Shown here piece after piece: positions 40,072-53,970 of a stretch of DNA of 54,069 nt. The DNA is taken from assembly GCA_964035545.1 (NCBI GenBank), contig CAXIUT010000057.1, positions 209,185 to 263,253 on the forward strand. Direction: 5' to 3'. The notes beneath the pieces are model-generated. The model was given only the letters and a program-made list of their open reading frames with translations. It did not search any database and was not told where the DNA came from. Source of the stretch: Bugula neritina. Its lineage: Eukaryota; Animalia; Bryozoa. The position numbers were made by a program, and so were the translations under genes. Each line of letters opens with the position of its first letter. Positions within the stretch are counted from its first letter, which is position 1.

Positions 40072-43000
40072 TCAATATATGTTGAACCTGAAACAGTAGT
40101 ATTCCACCATGCGCTATGATTTGACGCCCAGCAAAACCGTCTCAACTCCCATCGCTTCATTCTAGATAATATGTTATAAATTGAATAAAAGTTGGATTTT
40201 CTTTTACCCCTTCGCTTCGACCTGAAATCCACTGTCTCCGCTTTTGGTCCATAAAATAGTAGAATTACTGGTGAATAATTTAAATTATGATTTCTTGTTG
40301 ATAGGACTTCTATAGACAAATGGCTCTTCTACTACTTTGTGATTAGATGAACGACTGATATTTATTTTTAAATTCTATTTTATCTGAGGAGTTCTGGTCT
40401 ACAAACATAAGACCATCCGATATACAGGCATAAATTATTTGAATTGATTCGATGATAAACACTACTGCTGCTATAGTACATCTCTAGCCTCGATGAGGTT
40501 GATATTGACATGATTGACGCCTATTTTCGATGGCACGATATGACAATAAAAATCTATAAACTTTTTATCTTTTGGCAATTTGAATAATTCAGGTTGCTAT
40601 GCTTTGTGTTGGGTTTTTGATATTTTGACCAAAGCTGGATTATCAGGAATCAAATAGAAATAATTAGTTGATAGCAAGTGTTGGAATAATTTTGTTTATA
40701 CTTTGAATGGCTACTATTTATCCATCCAGAGATCGCCTTTTGCTTATAGTTTATGACTTCCCCAGATTTTTATGTTTATGTTTAGCAGAGGCGGACCATG
40801 GTGTACTCGCTACATGTACTATACTCTACTCTTCATCCTTGATTTCTATACTACCCGCTATTTCTAGTTATTAACTCTTTATCCAGATTTCTACTTAACG
40901 TTATTGACTACAATCAAATTAACCTCCTTGCATTTCTGCCTCTAAATTTTACTCCCAATTTCAAGCAAAACACCTCTCCCCTGAGCAACCAACTCCCTCC
41001 TTTATGTCACTGCTTCAACCATACTCCCTCTCACCACCACAAAAGGATCATCAACAATCACCTGGTCAATCATCCCCTCCAAATACTACGATTATATAAA
41101 AGGCAAATGAATTAGAGCCGGCTCATCATTAGGTCGATAATATTACAACTAAATCAGATTGTAATTTATTGATGGAATGATCTCGATGTTGTAGATTGAT
41201 TCTATTGTATTTTTTTTAGAATTTATCAATGAACATGAAATAGTGCGTCTACTATTATATATTGATGGATTAGTATTATGCTAATTCTAACTGTATTTTC
41301 TAATAGAAAAATAACACAATAGAACATATCTTTTTTATTTCCCAAATAACTAAACAACATTATTATGACCAACTTTCACCAATCTACTTATCTTATCCTC
41401 ATATTTCTTAACCATCAACAACTTCTACCTGTCCTCTCGATCCAACATTCCAAAATCCTTCACAATCGACAACTACTACTCACTAACAGAATTGCTTTTC
41501 AGATGGATATCATCAGGATCATTGATATTTAGCTGGTATTCAGTTGAATGTTAGTACTTGTTTGTTACTTGTAGGAAAAAGAAGTGTTTTTTCAGAGGAG
41601 TTGAGGATAGAGTGGTGGTTTATTCTTGGTATTTTTGGGTTAAGTGGGGCGGCATCTTCTTCTATTGGGTGATTTGGGATTATTATGGTCGGTTTAATTT
41701 TTTTGGACTTGATCTACGGGTTTTTGAGGATTTGAATTTTTATATTCTTTGCTTTATTCTTTTGGTTTAGGTCTATTCCTTTGCTATTTCAGATTATTGC
41801 ATCTAATTTGATATCAAAGATCGTTATAGTATTGAATGTCCTTGTTCTTTTTTATTTCTATTTTTCATTTTTCTAATAGCTCTAATCTAGACTCTAACTT
41901 TCCCTTTTCTTCCTCCTCCTTTGACCAAATTCTCCTAAAAAACAACAACCGCTTAATTTCTTTTTTTTCTGACCAAATTTCTCAAAGCCAAATACACCAC
42001 TCCGAAGACAAACCCCCCACAATAGTCAACCATCTCGACTTTAACCAATCCATTATACATATACTAAACAAACTGCATAAAATCAAATTAGCAACTTTAA
42101 TGTTAAAATCCAATTTCCAAATGCATAATTTTATTTTATTTTTACCCCTTAGCATCAAATAGCACAATTTCACCCGTATCGTGGTTCATAGTCAATAGCT
42201 AGGATCTGATTTAAGGGTAGTTGAATAATTTTAATTTGAAATAAAAGATCTATGGATACTTATATTACATTTCGTCAATAGTCGGGACTATATTTTGGAA
42301 ATTTATAAAATAGCAGTTATTGTAGTTTATTTATGAGAGCTATGTGCGGAGTAGCTAGAGGGGAAGAGGTTAGTATAGATAGTAACTTTGGTTGTGAGTG
42401 TATGTTGCTGTGGAGTTGAGGTGGTAGAAGATGTAGGGCAGGGAGAGGTGTTAGTAGGCTAGTCTATGAGGTTGTTTTGATAGTTTTAGCATGTAGTATC
42501 TAGGTGGTTAGATTGTTTATTATTGTCTGTTTTGATGGTTTATGATTGATGATTTCGTTTATGGTAGATATTGTTTGATATAAGATAGCAGTTCTTCCTA
42601 TCTGTATATTTTAGATATTTTAGATTGTTTGGCTGTTACTGATTTGATCTATCCTTTCTGCTTATCACTTATAGCTACTTTCTAATAAAACTAAATCCCC
42701 ATTTTTCTAACTACCACAACTTTCTTAGTCTATCTGATAATCCTCTCTTTTTCTGCTACGATTTTATCTCTCACATCACCTTTCGACAAATTCATACTAA
42801 AATTATCCATATTAATCGACACATTCTAAACTATAGCTATATACTCTCGCTCGCCCAAATGCATCTCGAATTATATCATGCCCAACTCATGCACCTTCTT
42901 CAAACTCAAATGAGTTCTATTCGATATTGTCTTTATCGATTTAGCTATAGAGACGTTATCAAGTTCTGTATCTTTTTTCATTGTTTTGTGATGTCGCTAC

Positions 43001-44425
43001 TATGGCTGGTAACTTTGAAGAGCATTGCAACTTTTAGCCAACATCTCTATGATATCTTTCTTTGATGTTAGCGGACATCCAGCATGTAACTTCATTGACT
43101 GGAAACGATGTATTTTCAATGTTTTTGCTGATATTATGCCATAACATATCGGCAACTATATCTTTTACTTTCTCATCTCAACATCTTTATACTCTATATT
43201 CGCATCAATAACTGCCATGATTTGTACGATCAGTACTGACTCCTCTTCCCCTGGAAACACCAAACCTAACTATATATTCTTCTATACGATATACCCACGA
43301 TTCTCCACAACTTTTTTACTATCAAAATCATGTAACTTAATAATGGACAAATTCTCCTTACTTCGATTTCTAGCCAACCCAGAACCCAAACTATTATTAG
43401 TCTGCACCCTCTGATTATCTTTTTATTTCATAACAGCCGTATCAGAACTAACCATCTTCCACCCATTATGAAATCCCACTCTAACTGATAACTCCCTCCC
43501 AGCATATGCTATCTTCTTAGAGTCGCAAAAAAGATGTTTGGTGTAGTTTTAACATCTGCTTTATATTTACTTTAGAAGGAGGGAACTCAACTCAATGTGA
43601 GAGAATTGAAGGAGTATGCTCTGGGCTTATGGCGTGATTGCGAAGTCGGAAAGGGCGTGTTCGTTTATTGGAAGATAGCCGCCCATTATTCCCTAGATGC
43701 GGTCGTTGCAGTTGCAGATAGTGTTGGCAGGGATAAGTCGTTCTGATATTACCAAAGGGAGTACATAGGTATTTGTAATGCTCTGATTTCACCAAACTGA
43801 CATACCCATAAGCACCCTTCATCTAGTGCTTACCATCCAGATCGAACAAATTCAAATCTCCACCACTGACAAGTTTTCTCTTCTCTTTGCTTTTGATCTC
43901 CTTGCGAAATGAAACCTCCATCACTCCGATCATCTCAGGAGCTTAATTGATCTACACTCCTTAGCCTACTTGCACCTACTAGTTGAGAGATACTTCTATT
44001 CTTAACAACAAATTTTAGTCATTGCTGGTATACAAGTAGTAACAGATACTTTCTGGCATCTAGAACAAATCATGCGTCCCTTCTTCAGCAGTTTTGTAAT
44101 TCATAGCTGTTTTAGGGTAAATCCTTCCTGTTTGACTATTAACTAAATATGCTCTTATTCTCACTCCTATTTTAGAATAGCTATGAACCCGTCTAAAATG
44201 CATATGCGCCAATCCATCCAACTTGACAACATAGTATCCATACTACCCATGATCACTATCAATTCCCACCATACAATTCCGATACCTTTTCTATGCCCAC
44301 CTGGCCACCTGCCCCAACTCCTCAACTCGCTCAACGAAGTCATTATTAGGCAGTGCGTCAGTAACGGATATGTAGTCTATTTAAGAGTGCTAGGTTCTGA
44401 TTTTAGAGTTTTATAGTTCTTGCAT
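40072..44425 (-). CDS. NPHP4: Nephrocystin-4-like ciliary transition-zone protein (~1400 aa)
   Basis: LIPANTICNCNDRIEGI and RELSVRVGFHNGW resemble NPHP4 LLPENVLV...IPGL and RRLRVGVHNG; C-terminal GVNHVNINLIE and YRSPINKKSEFKLFTS...FQVEAKGEKKIQLLF...EYYCFRFNIY-TGA resemble the NPHP4 end; several indels or introns. Confidence 0.75.
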
Positions 44426-44458
44426 AATCATAATTTAAATTAAATTATCATAATTATA

Positions 44459-45334
44459 TCAATGTTCCTGATCGAAGTTAAAAAAACTTTTACGAAGAAC
44501 CTTCGGATTAGAATTATCTGAAGCCACCTTTGGCCTGCTCTCGAAGATGCGACTGCGACGGGATTGACCCATCTAATTTCGAGATTACGTCATGCGATCG
44601 ACTATCACATTCTTATCCTCCAAAATATATATCCTTTGCAATAGATGTTTCAATCCCTATATCTTCTACCTATCAACTCTGACTCCCCTAACTCCACTAC
44701 TGAGTTGGTGATTATAATTTCTAGTCTACTATTTAATCTATCTAACTATGGTATTGTAATCCCTCAGAACAACTTCAGCTATACTTTTTCTATACTACTG
44801 TTATGATCCATTCAAAGACGTCAGCAACCTTTGTATCTATGAATCGATATTCATAATTTTATGATGAATATTTATATATTCCTTTGGTATTTTATCTTTG
44901 TAATTTTTTAATGACTCAATCGCCATGTTCTTATTGATCTATAACATCTAGCCTACGATACCCAATACGTGCTGTCTCAACTATTGATGCTCCTGCTCAA
45001 ATCGAATAACCAGATTATTTAGATAGTTATTTATATTATCTTCGATACTTCTTTACTATTTTTTGAATTACTAGCGAATCGATAATAAAAATTTCTAGCA
45101 TTATGAGCGAGACATCTGGAAGTTGCTGTTTTGATAGGTATTGTAAGTTATGGTTAGAGGTTAGTATTGGGTTTGTAGGTATTGTTTGGATGGCTATGGA
45201 TAAAAACCCATCTATGTTCGTAGTTTTTGAGGTTTTAGTTTTGGCTACATTTTAGGCATGACTGATGATGTTGAAAATCCATAGTTATGCTAGTATTTGC
45301 GAAGAAGAGAATCTAAATCCAACCGTTGCTTCAT
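44459..45334 (-). CDS. Hypothetical coiled-coil protein
   Basis: MKQRLDLDSLLRKYEHNYG... to ...FNFDQEH-TGA. Confidence 0.5.
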
Positions 45335-45428
45335 CAATATTCAAATATTATGATATCTATCAATTATAGCTATCCAATCAAAATGATGATAATATTTATG
45401 ATATTTAATTTAAAAGAACAAAGCTAAG

Positions 45429-46350
45429 ATGAATAGATTATTTACTGGTCATTTCGATTATCCTAAAAGTCTCTATAATTAAATAACGTTATCGGGCTGA
45501 AATAATTGATGCATAACCTTCGTATATCAATAGCCGATAAGCAAGACGACCTGACAACCCAACACACCATCAGGACATCCGACTCCCCACCCACAAGTCC
45601 AAAACATCAACTATAAACAATAAGTTCTCTCAATAAAATCTTCACAATTCTTCATAAAAAAATAAAAAACAAAAAACGATATACCATGCAAATAGTAAAA
45701 CAATTTTTTATCTACCCATAATCATCACCACAATCCAGTGTTATCAGTGTGTCGAGATATGATCCTTTGATTTTTAGTGATTAGAAATTACATACTTTGG
45801 TCAAAATTATGGAAACTCAAAGAATCACCAAAAAAATATGGGGATTCGTCAATCTAAAAACTAATAGAAAATAACAACTGATTCTATAAGGCGTCCATGG
45901 GTTGCATAAAGTCACGAAGGAAGTACAATTCTTCTATAAAAAATAAAGTTTTAATAGAATTATCCAACAATCAAACCTCATAATCTACCCTGTTATAAAC
46001 AATATAGCTAAATAACAAATATAAACAGTAGCAGAATAACCTAAAATTACTATAAATAAGAGTAGATTACATCAACACCCACTCTACGACATAACAATTG
46101 ACAAATCAACTCCATAGCGATGCGCAAATGAAAGCAGATAAACCATGTATAAACTGGAGACCAACATAACCAAGAGAACAGTCGCATAATCATAAAAATA
46201 AACTATGTACGAACACTATAAATAAAGATCATAAAAAAGTTATTTTTGTTGTCATAATTCTTGTTGCTGCTGTGCGATCAATGATCCATTATGGTAACGT
46301 ATTCAATATCTAAAACAACTGTAAATGATGGCATTGTAAAGAAACATGAA
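45429..46350 (+). CDS. Hypothetical low-complexity protein
   Basis: MNRLFTGHFDYPKS...; frame interrupted; Cys-rich end. Confidence 0.3.
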
Positions 46351-46357
46351 ATGATTT

Positions 46358-46425
46358 TTATCTAGTTATATGTTATTTATATGTTATTTATATGTTATAT
46401 TTATGATATATTTATGATATGATTT
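46358..46425. repeat. Degenerate AT-rich tandem repeat (TATGTTATTTA / TATGATATATT)
   Basis: About five 11-12 bp imperfect units. Confidence 0.6.
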
Positions 46426-46478
46426 CTTCTTTAGCAGATATTCTATTAATATTTAACAAGCGTATAGAACATCAAACA

Positions 46479-47408
46479 ATGGAAAGCAACCATAAATTAT
46501 ACCAACTGGCATATTAATATTCCACCTACACCCGCAATAAAAACATCACCTACCGACCATCTTTCTCACCCCTCCCAGCATTCATCCACGAAGAAGAACA
46601 AACAGATACCCCACAAAATATATTTTTCAATCACAAACAACACAGACTATAAAGTGTACCCAGTAATAGCTACTAAATAGTCGGATCAAAAGAAATGAAA
46701 ACCTATGTAGCCAGGCAATAAAAAAAACAAAGAAGTAGATTGAATACTCTAGCGAAAAGATCAACCTAGTCAGCTATATCGCTGTCGAGGGTGTCAATGG
46801 GAGCAAGTAGAACCAATCAAGAACGGTACTATAATAAAGATGAGTTGATGCAGAGTTATACTACTGTTGGAAGAGAAAACAAGATAGCAGATGAGGAATA
46901 TATTACTTAGTAACAAAGTAAATATCTGACTCAAAATACAACTATTATCAATACGACTATGGGCAATAACACATCTTTCGGCCAGGTCAAGAAATACGGC
47001 GGTAAAGACTTTAGTGTGAAGAAGGTGGTTGGGAGGATGAGACGCTACGAGAAAGAATGGAAGAAGTTGAAATAAAATAGCTAGAATTTAAGAAAGAAGA
47101 ATAAATATAAAATAGAATCTATACTTAATAATACCTAAAATTTTAGAGATAAAGTATAAGATCTAGAAGGAAATTAAGTTGTTGAACAGAGAGAGAATAT
47201 ATCGCCCAAATTGTGGAATAGAGCTTTGAGGACGTCCCAAACTATGGTAAATCTTAGCCATAAAAATGTACAACATGTTGGGAGAAGATTTAACAATGTT
47301 GGAAGAAGTAAATTTGGGAAAGAAGCTCAGTGGGTGTAAGAAAAAGATAGGCAGGGACATTTCTTCAGACCTTAAACCAAATAAAATAGAATATATCGAT
47401 TCAGTTGA
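46479..47408 (+). CDS. Hypothetical protein (309 aa, intronless)
   Basis: Clean frame MESNHKLYQLAYEYSTY... to ...RIYRFS-TGA under TAR=Glu. Confidence 0.7.
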
Positions 47409-47438
47409 TCACTTTTTAGATTATCTATCACATTATCA

Positions 47439-48374
47439 TCATAGTTTACTTTTTTTCATCCATTCATTAACCTTATCTCCCCAGACAGGCATGTATTTAG
47501 GATATTAGTTCTTCCCGTCGAAAGATATGATCTTGTTGAAGTGTTTTGCTACTAGCTAAGGTGTCATGTTATCTGGATCGAATCTTATTCCCTGAATATT
47601 GAAATATTTTACCTCTGCCCTTTGCCATCGTACTTTAGAGAAGTATCCTCCTGCAGCCTAGAAAATACCACCGCTTTCTTTACAACTTTAATGAGATAGG
47701 ATAGCAATCAAAGGAACCGTGGCAATGGAAGGTACCATTCTAGTGATATTTTAATTGAGTTTCAAGGGTATAAGCATTCTTGTATTAGCAATAGGACAGA
47801 CACTATTGACTTTGATATTTCTTTTATTTCCTTCAAAAGCCAAACTCATAGTAAAACCATTTAGTGCACTTTTGGCTGTCGCATAAGGAATAGAACCAAT
47901 ATCTCCATGCAAACCAGCTACAGACGATATATTGATAATTCTGCCATAACCTTGTTGCCTCATAATATTCCACACTGCATTTGTAGTCTTGAATGAGCCG
48001 AAAACATGAGTGTTGAATACTATATTCCAATCCTCATCTGTAAGATTCCGAATACCTCCAATACGCCCGATTCCTGCATTGTTTATCAAAATATCTACCC
48101 TACCAAAAGCATCCATTGTATTTTTTATTATTTTATCACCTTCGAGGACAGTGTTGTAATCAGCAATTGCTATGCCTCCTTTTGATTTGATTTATTTAAC
48201 TACTTCATCTGCTACTATTTTAGTTGGAGGTTCTTTGGCATAGAAGTCTTGGCCATAATCGTTAACTACAACTTTGGCGCCTCTACTAGCTAAAAACAAA
48301 GCAAATTATCGACCGATTCCTCGACCTGAACCTGTAATGACAGCAACTTGGCCGTCATATCTTAACTCATTCAT
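47439..48374 (-). CDS. Peroxisomal SDR, (3R)-hydroxyacyl-CoA dehydrogenase (MFE-2/HSD17B4 N-domain type), copy 1
   Basis: [36 protein letters not shown]...FGRVDILINNAG...YATAK...RWQR; C-terminal SKL (PTS1); 21-nt intron 47592-47612. Confidence 0.93.
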
Positions 48375-48436
48375 ATTCTATTATATCTTAAATCCTAAGA
48401 AATAAACAGAAAATTATAATGTTAAATAAACTATCA

Positions 48437-49368
48437 TCATAGTTTACTTTTTTTCATCCATTCGTTGACCTTATCTCCCCAGACAGGCATGTATTTAGGA
48501 TATTAGTTCTTCCCATCAAACGATATGATCTTACTGAAGTGTTTGGCTACTAGTTAAGGAGTCATGTTATCTGGATCGAACCTTATTCCCTGAATATTGA
48601 AATAATTACTTCAGATCTTTGCCATCTCAGTTTTGAAAACCATCCTCCTCCGCATTAGAAGATTCCACCATTTTCTTTGCAACTCTCATGAGCAAGTATA
48701 GCAATCATTGGTACAGTAGCAACTGGAGGCACAGTATCAAGATCTTTTTAAGGTATTCTCATAGTTCTAAGCATGCGAGTATTGGCCATAGGACAGACGC
48801 TATTGACTTTGATATTTCTTTTATTTCCTTCAAGAGCTAAACTCATAGTAAATCCGTTGACAGCACTTTTGGCTGTTGCATAAGGATTGCTTCCAATAGT
48901 TCCATATAAACCAGCTACAGACGATATATTGATAATTCTGCCATAACCTTGTTGCCTCATAATATTCCACACTGCTTTGGTTGTCTTAAATATTCCTAAG
49001 TTATGAGTTTTGACTACGATATCCCAGTCCTCATCTGACAACTTGTATAAAGCTCCAGGTCGTACCATTCCTGCATTGTTTATCAAGATATCTACCCTAC
49101 CAAAAGCATCCATTGCATTTTTTATTATTTTTTAACCTTCAAGGACAGTATTATAATCTGCGATTGCTATTCCTCCTTTTGATTTGATTTATTTAACTAC
49201 ATCGTCAGCTATTTTAGTAGGCTATCCTTTCCCCAAAACATCTTGCCCATAGTCATTGACAACAACTTTCGCACCTCTTCCAGCCAAAAACAAGGCAAAC
49301 TCTCTTCCTATTCCTTGTCCACTTCCCGTAACAACAGCAACTTTTCCTTAATATCTAATTTCCTGCAT
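48437..49368 (-). CDS. Peroxisomal SDR, copy 2 (tandem paralog)
   Basis: [24 protein letters not shown]...NNAG...YATAK; SKL end; 20-nt intron 48590-48609. Confidence 0.93.
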
Positions 49369-49392
49369 AAATAAATAAACAATAACATAATA

Positions 49393-51595
49393 TCACTAGA
49401 AGATTCCTAAATGAGTATTAAGAAACAACTGCATAAGTTAACTATTCTACAAAAAGAGTATATGTGCCGTTCTGCCAATAATCGAATCAATACTTGTTTC
49501 CCCAATAGTAAATTCAACTCGAATTCGATTGATTGTCTACTATTTGACTCCTTTCAATATATTCCTCACCATTTCGCAATGGACCTACTTGCTAAGTTAT
49601 TATATTAGTACAGAGGATCTTTGGCGTCCATGAAATCAGGATGGATCTACATTCTGGCCGATTAGTAAGGGGAATATGAATCTTGCTTTGAACTGAATAA
49701 ATATATATGCTTGAAATATCGCATTCCCTCGTATGTTGAGATACGGTAGAGACAAGTTTAACGAGGATTGGAGTTGTCAGCTAGTGATAGCTGTTTTAAA
49801 CAGTTGCTGTTTTTTACTTTCTGTAAAACCCAAATACCAGCTTCAATGACTGAAGAAGCATTGACTTTATAGCCGATATGGGGTGATGAAAAGGTCAAAA
49901 ACGCATGAAATTTATTTTTGAACTCAAGCAATCTTGGAAGAGCAGCTCGGATAATGACACCTCCTAGACTGTGTCCAACAAATGATATTTTTTCTAGAGT
50001 ATTCGGCGGAAAGAATTAGATAATATGATTTTTGATTTAGCTTGCCAATCGATGTCCCATCTCTGAAATATCAGTATCAGTCATATCTTAATTAGATGTC
50101 GCACAAAGAAAGGCAGCTTAGGGGTAGTTAACAGATATACTATTTTTAATTAATTTCATATCCAAAGAATTCCCTTGGAATCCATGTACTAAGACAATCA
50201 GATGTAAATTTACTTCCATATTTGACATGATCTAATCCTATATCTAAAGGATAGTATTTTGTTTTGTCGAATAGTTGTTCTAAACCATCAATGGAAAGTT
50301 ATCTTTCTTGTTTAGCCATTGTTCAGGAACGATGTTGTTACCTATAACTATTTTATCTCGATTTTATTTTAATTTTTTTATCATATTCTCATTTCTCTAG
50401 TGATTTCCTTCAGAAGCCAGACAGATATCTTATGATTTCTATTTTTATTTACTAAAACTGCCCTCCCAAAAATTTTTAATAACATTTCTGTATTTTTATT
50501 AATAAAAAGCAACAGTAAATCTAGGCGACATCTTAACAACATCAACAAAACAATACCACAACTTCAATAACTATCCAGATATCATGTTACACTAATCAAC
50601 CATTTTCTATAATATCTGATTAGCATCAAGAGTATTATACCTTTTGTAGAGCTATTATTCCCAATTATTAGTCTTGATAAATGACTATTCCTAAAATAAA
50701 CCCAATTGACCCGGATTGACTATCTTCTCATTGAAATGCTTGCGATGGTAATCAGTAATAACCCGAGTAAATAGTTGGTTATACTATTTCAGCAATAGAT
50801 GGTATCCATGTTTCATCTACCCGATCACCAGATGTTCAACCGTCTGAAGCACTGCTATCTAACTAGTCAAATTTAATTTTTAACGAATTCCCTTGAAATA
50901 ACTGACCTCTTTACTGGGCATCTTTCTGTTCTTCTAAAGGAGTTGTTTCTTTTCAGTGTTGGTCAGGTTGCTAAATTGGTATAATTGCAACTCAGACATT
51001 CTAAAGCGATAATCCAAACATACAGAATGAACTGTTATATTAGCCAGACCGTAATATTGTCCCTCGAATACAGTTTGAACATACTAATGGACTCCTTTTT
51101 TTGTATTATTGATGATATATCTTTTGGATCTAACTTTTTTACCTTTCTAGAGATTGATTTCACTCGGTTCTATCTTTTTGATTTGCTGGTCGTAAAAAAG
51201 CAAATTTATTTACATCACATATTCCTGGTCTTCTTATCCGATATTGCTCTCGATCCTGAAATGACAAATATCATTGAGCTCCACTTCCTCTTCATAATAT
51301 TTAAGCAAAAATGATTTACTAATAAACGATGAACTTTAATTATCGATGCTTGCTCCTTTGATCACCTGACTCTCAAGAATATTCGGTTCGCAGTGGCTGG
51401 GCAGATAGTGCTATGTAAAAGCAAAAGGATGCGCATATACTTTCTGAACATAAACACCAAAAATACCTGATTTTATTTGTTAGCATTCTAGCTAAAGATC
51501 TGTATTTGCAGCAGATATGCTCCTTGGTACCAAATATCAATATTTCTGAAGGATTCCACATGAACAATAAATTCTTTGACCGACCTGAGCAACAT
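49393..51595 (-). CDS. FAM135: FAM135-family / DUF676 putative serine hydrolase
   Basis: EFIVHVESFRNIDIWYQG N-terminus; HLIVLVHGFQGNSLDM...SNEDMT...MGHRLASEI...ISFVGHSLGGVIIRAAL...SSPHIGY...IGRTAHILFLE. Confidence 0.9.
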
Positions 51596-51639
51596 TTAAA
51601 TAATAATATAGTAGTTAAATAACTCTATAATTAATCATG

Positions 51640-52165
51640 ACAATCCGAAATATTCAGTATTGTTCCAATTGTGTTGATTATCACATTCCTCAAAGATATT
51701 TCGCATCTCATGCACCTACTCATGTTTCTAATCGATCATACACATATCTAACTTGACCTATGAAAAAAATGCCTCTTTGCTCTACTACCATTCTTCCTAC
51801 TAGGATTAGCAAGTCGGCCGCTCTGTGAGAATCAGTTTGGTGCTATAGAGATGCAGTCTTGAGGAAATTTATTCGTGGGATAGAGTTTTGAGGTCTTCGG
51901 TCTAGGGGCAGATCTTTGACATTTAGGAGTAGAGGTCGTAGGGTTGGTTTGATACTACTTTATGCAGGATCTTTGTTAGATAAAATAGTACTGTTTGTTC
52001 TTGGGTTTTTGTTAGTTGTCGGGCCTGTTGGGGTGTCATTCGAGGCAGTTCATGGGCTAGGTGTGCGAGATGTGGGTTGTTTGATGAGCAGGTTCTGAGA
52101 GTGAGTGATTGGGCTGAGGAGGAAAGGTAGTCTTTGATGGATGTTGGGATTTGCCACTAGCTCAT
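51640..52165 (-). CDS. Hypothetical protein
   Basis: MSEWQIPTSIKDYLSSSAQSL...; 3' end uncertain. Confidence 0.4.
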
Positions 52166-52370
52166 TCTAACGAATACTAATAATTATATTATATCCTTTT
52201 TTTATATCTACTAAAATCATCAACTTTTATTCCTAAATTTTGAATAAATCAAAATAATTTTTATTCTATTTTCAGAGATGACTAGATAACAAAAATATGC
52301 ATTTTAATCATATTTTTCAATTATCATAATTAGTCTGAACTATTATTGTAATAGAAGAAATATAGAAGAA

Positions 52371-53908
52371 ATGAGCATAAAACCATCTCGAATAACTCGT
52401 TGTTCAATAAATGGATTTCCAACTAACATAGCCATGATCCTCAACTCTCCAAACTATTCATCTCAATCGACTATAAACAGACTGACTGATAATAGTCGCT
52501 CACAACCAATGAAGATGAATAAACCTAAATCAAGAGAAAGTTATTCAAAAAAATACTAATTGTCTAAATTTGGATAAAAGAATCATAACCAGTCATCTAT
52601 TTCATTGAATATTGAAAACATAAATCCAAAAGGTAGATAAAATGATGATGGCTATTAGAATAAATATGATTGTGATTAGACGATTGATAAGACAAGGTTG
52701 GTCAAGAAGATGTCATGTTTTGGTTTATAAAAGAAAAAAGATCGACCGATTAGTCAACAAAAATAGTTAAGAGAAACAATAGATTATTCGTTAATTAATA
52801 AAAATAGAAGAGAACCAGGATTGAAAAGTACTTATTCGACTAGTAATCTTCATAAAAGGACATCAGCTTTTGTCCCAAAACCATCGTTTTATAAATAAGT
52901 AGAATAAACTTCATTAATTATCGAACCAACTTTGATTAAAATAAAATCTTAATAATCTTAAACTAAACAATGGGAAAGTAAGATACCAAGAAAGAGTTTT
53001 AATGATCAAATAATAGATATAGGTAAATAAAATAGAAGATCAATTACTCCTAGAAAATTATCATTTTTTAAAAATAGAAAACTTCGTTATCTCTGAAAGA
53101 TTTCATTTTAGGTAAGTGTTTAGGATAAGGAAGATTTGGCACTGTATATCATGCTGTCCATAAGTTGACTTTATGGAATGTAGCTATCAAAAAAATAAAG
53201 AAAGAATCGATCAAATTCATCATTCCTCAGTTTATCAATGAGTTAAAAGTTCAATTTTATCTTAACCATCCCAATATTACCAAAATATATGCCTTTTTCT
53301 GTGATTAGTAACATTTCTATCTAGTACTATAGTATATGTAACAAGGTTCTCTTTACAAACACATCAAAGATCGTAAAAACTTATCATAAGACGAAACCAA
53401 AGTCAAATTGAACCAAGTATGCCAAGCTCTAAACTACATGCACGACCTAAACGTTCTACATCGCGACATAAAACCTGAAAACATAGTCTTGAGCCATGTA
53501 CTTAGTTAAATCTATTCAGGATGTTTGCAAGTTATGCGATTTTAGTTGGAGTGTTTGCAGTACAGGGCGTCGTTCAACTTGTTGTGGTACCTTGGATTAT
53601 GTTTGCCCATAAATAGTATCAGGATAATCTTATAACAAAGAGATTGATGTCTGGGCTGTGGGAGTGTTGGTGTTTGAGATGTTGACGGGAAGGCCACCTT
53701 TTTATCATATTAGTCGGAATCAGACTAAAAACAATATTCAGAATGTAATTATAAAGAGATTTAGTGTTAATTTTAAATACCTTAAAAGATATCTTAGGAA
53801 GGAAAAAAGTTAATATTGAAGATATTGAAGAAAAATGGAGAAGTTTAGATAAGGGAATTGTTGGATGATTAGTTTTTTAGGAAAATTGATCGAAGTTATC
53901 TATTGTGA
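52371..53908 (+). CDS. Aurora-like Ser/Thr kinase with long disordered N-terminus
   Basis: DFILGKCLGEGRFGTVY...VAIKK...LNHPNI...YLVLEY...HRDIKPENI...KLCDFSWSV...RRSTCCGTLDYVCPEIV...IDVWAVG...GRPPF. Confidence 0.9.
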
Positions 53909-53970
53909 TATCTTCTATAATATCTATAAAAATAATATTTACAAACAATTTATATTAAAACAAAATAAAT

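Noticed and set aside
39790-41180. Plus-strand membrane-protein gene with in-frame TGAs
   Set aside because: It is the antisense of the NPHP4 C-terminus and the zinc-finger gene, which read sensibly on the minus strand
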